This document shows, one piece after another, positions 61,125 to 64,000 of a stretch of DNA of 64,000 nt. Every line of letters starts with the position of its first letter. Within the stretch, counting starts at the first letter, position 1. The notes under the pieces were generated by a model. It did no database searches. It was not told where the DNA came from and saw nothing but the letters and a program-made list of their open reading frames with translations. This DNA comes from Thermoanaerobaculia bacterium (GTDB lineage: Bacteria > Acidobacteriota > Thermoanaerobaculia > Multivoradales > Multivoraceae). Where the stretch lies: positions 6,496,001 to 6,560,000 of the forward strand of contig OY761158.1 of the NCBI GenBank assembly GCA_963664405.1, in the 5' to 3' direction. A program made the position numbers and the translations under genes.

Positions 61125-62273
61125 GTGCTGACACTGGAGAGATCCGGCTTGGCCCTAGCGCTCCTGGTCTCGAGCGTTTTCGGGGGTGCCTGCGCCGATC
61201 CTGAGAGCAGGGTGATCGACCGCACCGCTCCTGTAGGCGCCGAGGAGTACGAGCGCCTGCTTGCCGAGGGCTCTGGAGCCACGGTGGATGTGGCAACCGT
61301 GGTGCATCTCGCCCAGGAGGCCTACCGCGAGATCAAGGCGCGAATGGACCGGCTCGCGCGCGACATCGGAGCGGAATCTTGGCAGCAGGCGTTTGCCGAG
61401 CTACAGAGGGAGTACCCCGACAGCGTCGAGGAGCTGCTCGAGGTGTATCGCCGCGAGCTGGCGCAGGCGGCCGAGTTCGTTGCGGCGCGGGAGCTGGTTA
61501 CCTTGCCGCCGGAGCTCGCCGAGGTAGTCGAGGTGCGCAACATCGCCATACGACAGAGCTTCCCTCTTGCCCTGTATATCGATCGGCGGCTGGGAGTGAC
61601 GACAACGGCGTCTCACTACCCGGATCCCGGTTATCTGGCGAATCACTGCTTGGCGTGTATCACCCCATTGGCGGTGCATGAAGGGTATCCGGGTCACCAT
61701 GTCGGGCTCTGGCACCAGGAGCAGCCGAGTGAGTATCCGAACGCTGAGATGCGGGAGCGTGCCGACGAGAACGCGCTCAACATGTTTGTACTCGAGGGCT
61801 GGGGTCTCTACGCCGAGCTGCTGATGCTCGAGCATGGTTACTACGGAAGTGCCGAGGCGGAGCTCGGGGCCTGGCGGGCGATCCTTCACCGCGCGCTGCG
61901 CGCCAGGATCGACCCGCTGCTCCACACCGGGGAGATCGACGAATCCGCCGCGGTGGAGCTTTACCAGCGCGAGTTGATGATGACCCACGACGCGGCTGAG
62001 ACCGAAGTTCGCCGCCATCTTGCTCAGCCGGGAAACAAAGCGGCCTACCTGGTGGGGGTGCTTCAGATCCTCGAGCTCAGATTCCAGGTGTTGAAGGAGA
62101 CGCGCGCGCAGGGCCGAGAGATGCCCCTGCGTGAGTTTCACGACCGGCTTCTGGAGTGGTCCCTGCCTTATCCTGAGGTCGCGCGCGAGCGTTTTGGTGT
62201 CGAGCTTGGCGCGCTCGGCGCGGCAGAGGTGCCGTGGCCGTGGATCGAGGAAAGCGCTCGAAACGGCGGTTGA
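61125..62273 (+). CDS. DUF885 family lipoprotein; start approximate
   Basis: Lipobox GAC, HEGYPGHH, EGWGLYAE, LREFHDRLL. Confidence 0.85.
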   Translation: MLTLERSGLALALLVSSVFGGACADPESRVIDRTAPVGAEEYERLLAEGSGATVDVATVVHLAQEAYREIKARMDRLARDIGAESWQQAFAELQREYPDSVEELLEVYRRELAQAAEFVAARELVTLPPELAEVVEVRNIAIRQSFPLALYIDRRLGVTTTASHYPDPGYLANHCLACITPLAVHEGYPGHHVGLWHQEQPSEYPNAEMRERADENALNMFVLEGWGLYAELLMLEHGYYGSAEAELGAWRAILHRALRARIDPLLHTGEIDESAAVELYQRELMMTHDAAETEVRRHLAQPGNKAAYLVGVLQILELRFQVLKETRAQGREMPLREFHDRLLEWSLPYPEVARERFGVELGALGAAEVPWPWIEESARNGG

Positions 62274-62313
62274 GCCCAGGGGGCTTCGATTCTCCGCCGA
62301 GCGTCGTACAGGA

Positions 62314-63027
62314 TCAGCGGTAGGTAACGTCGGGGTATAGGAGCGAGATCGAGACTTGGTCGATGAGGCCGAAGAAGTTGGGGAAGACTTGCCAGGCGAT
62401 GAGGATGCCCATCCATCCGATCATCGGTTGGCTGAGCATCTTTTGTAGGGCCCGCGCCGCGTCATCGCTCATCAGTAGCTGAATCGCGGCACTACCGTCC
62501 ATCGGTGGCAGCGGTAGCAGGTTGAAAGTGAAGAGAAGTAGATTGAGGCTGAAGAGAATGCTCAGCACGGTGCCCACCCCCTCGACCCCTCCCATGCCGC
62601 CCGCAGCAGCGACGAGGTGGGCTCGGCTGAGCATGTCTGGCGGCGTGAACATGCCGGCGACGAGACCTACCCGAATGAGACCGCCGGCCGCGATCACCAG
62701 CAGCAGATTCGCCGCCGGGCCCCCGAGGGCCATGATCGCGGCGCGTTTGGGATGGCGATGCGCCCACGAGGGGTCGTAGGGTGCGCTTGCCCACCCGATC
62801 ATCCAGCCGCCGATGAAAAAGGAGAGCAACGGTACCAGCAACATGCCGACAGGCTCTCGCCGCACGTGGGGAAGCGGGTTCAGAGAGACCTGTCCTCCTC
62901 GATAAGCCGTGGGATCGCCGAGGCGCAAGGCCAAGAAGGCGTGTGAGGCCTCGTGAAGAGTGGTCGAGAATAGGAAGACCACCAACCAGGCCAAGGCCAT
63001 GAGTAGCTGATCAGGAGCGATATCCAC
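62314..63027 (-). CDS. site-2 protease (M50) family protein
   Basis: LHEASH, GPAAN, FNLLPLPPMDG. Confidence 0.92.
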   Translation of the reverse strand: MDIAPDQLLMALAWLVVFLFSTTLHEASHAFLALRLGDPTAYRGGQVSLNPLPHVRREPVGMLLVPLLSFFIGGWMIGWASAPYDPSWAHRHPKRAAIMALGGPAANLLLVIAAGGLIRVGLVAGMFTPPDMLSRAHLVAAAGGMGGVEGVGTVLSILFSLNLLLFTFNLLPLPPMDGSAAIQLLMSDDAARALQKMLSQPMIGWMGILIAWQVFPNFFGLIDQVSISLLYPDVTYR

Positions 63028-63130
63028 GCTCTGTTTCTAGCACACCGTCCGCCGTGCCTGCTGCAGACGTATAATCATCAGAGGGCGGCGACTGGGCTGC
63101 CCGAAACATCCGACTCCCGCTGCGTTTCCG

Positions 63131-63955
63131 ATGAATATATACAAGGTGCTTCCCGATCTCGCCAACCGGAAGCAGATGTCTCTGTGGCACAAGGCCCTGC
63201 GAGCACAGTGGTCGGCCGAGGATGTCGACTGGAGCGCGCCGCGGGGGATTCGCTCCGATGGACTCCGAGATCGCTTTGCGAGGATATTGACTCCTGTGCT
63301 GATGGGGGAGCAGAGCGCTCTTTATTCGGTGAGCTCTCTGATCCCGATCCTCGGCCACCGAAGTGAAGTCGAGGGGCAGATGTACCTCACCACCTGGGCG
63401 GTCGACGAAGCCCGCCACACCGAGCTCTTTGCTCGCTTTTACGGGCGTCTGGAGCGGGAGCCGATGTCGATCCGGCGTTTCCCCGCCGGCTACCTCTTCC
63501 AGAGCAAGATTGCCTCCAAGGAACCGGCTGAGTGGTTGTCGGGAGTCCTGGTCAGCGAGGTCCTAGCGAAGTTGGTGATGGAAGAGTTCTGCCGTCTCGA
63601 CCTCGATCCGGTGCTCAGCGAGATCAGTCAAGGCATCCTCGAAGACGAAGCACGACATTTGGGCTTCAACCAACTCTATCTGCGGCAGCGCTTTTCCCGC
63701 CTCTACAATACCGACGAGAGAGCTGCTGAGGATCTCGCCTCTCACCTCCACCAGCATCGCACCGGCATACTGGACTTCGTCCCACCGGTGTTCGCGGCGC
63801 TGAAAGAGGAGTTGGCCGAGGTCGGCATCGACACCGAGGTCCTTTTCTCCAAGCTCTGTTCGGAGACTGAGGAGCGGCTCGAACAATCCATTCGTCGCGG
63901 CCGGAGCACCGCGGGCGTCGGCGAGGATGCGAGCGTCGCGCCCGTTGCCGGCTGA
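63131..63955 (+). CDS. ferritin-like di-iron protein
   Basis: GE, DEARH, SE, DEARH ligand pattern; QW...DVDWS. Confidence 0.82.
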   Translation: MNIYKVLPDLANRKQMSLWHKALRAQWSAEDVDWSAPRGIRSDGLRDRFARILTPVLMGEQSALYSVSSLIPILGHRSEVEGQMYLTTWAVDEARHTELFARFYGRLEREPMSIRRFPAGYLFQSKIASKEPAEWLSGVLVSEVLAKLVMEEFCRLDLDPVLSEISQGILEDEARHLGFNQLYLRQRFSRLYNTDERAAEDLASHLHQHRTGILDFVPPVFAALKEELAEVGIDTEVLFSKLCSETEERLEQSIRRGRSTAGVGEDASVAPVAG

Positions 63956-64000
63956 CTCCTCGTCGCTTCCGGCGTTTGATCCTCGGCCCGGGCAGCGCCC

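Overview
GC-rich bacterial DNA; the kinase/beta-propeller genes and general gene content suggest Acidobacteriota, which is an inference. Roughly 1-45 kb is an accessory, decaying mobile region. It holds the tail of an integrative/mobilisable element (coupling-type ATPase, replication-relaxation protein, truncated radC), two near-identical inverted copies of a 3390-bp four-ORF IS21, a second IS21, an IS66, an ISAzo13, a solo serine-resolvase module and a peroxide-defence cluster. Roughly 45-64 kb is mostly ordinary genes (ribD, ltaE, hpt, site-2 protease, DUF885), plus a TetR-RibBA fusion, a MITE inserted in frame in a gene and an 8 x 58-bp REP-derived tandem array. The most striking structure is at 14.26-27.24 kb. 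Six co-oriented genes (three receptor-like Ser/Thr kinases, an amidohydrolase, a phospholipase D and a nuclease-like protein) are each delimited by a 27-bp site, TGTCG-N5-C(A/G)CC-N8-CGACA, usually paired 65-66 bp apart. Stop codons mostly abut the site and homology breaks fall inside it. This looks like an integron-like gene-cassette array built on a non-attC recombination site, and no cognate recombinase is evident in the window. No rRNA, tRNA or CRISPR array was seen.
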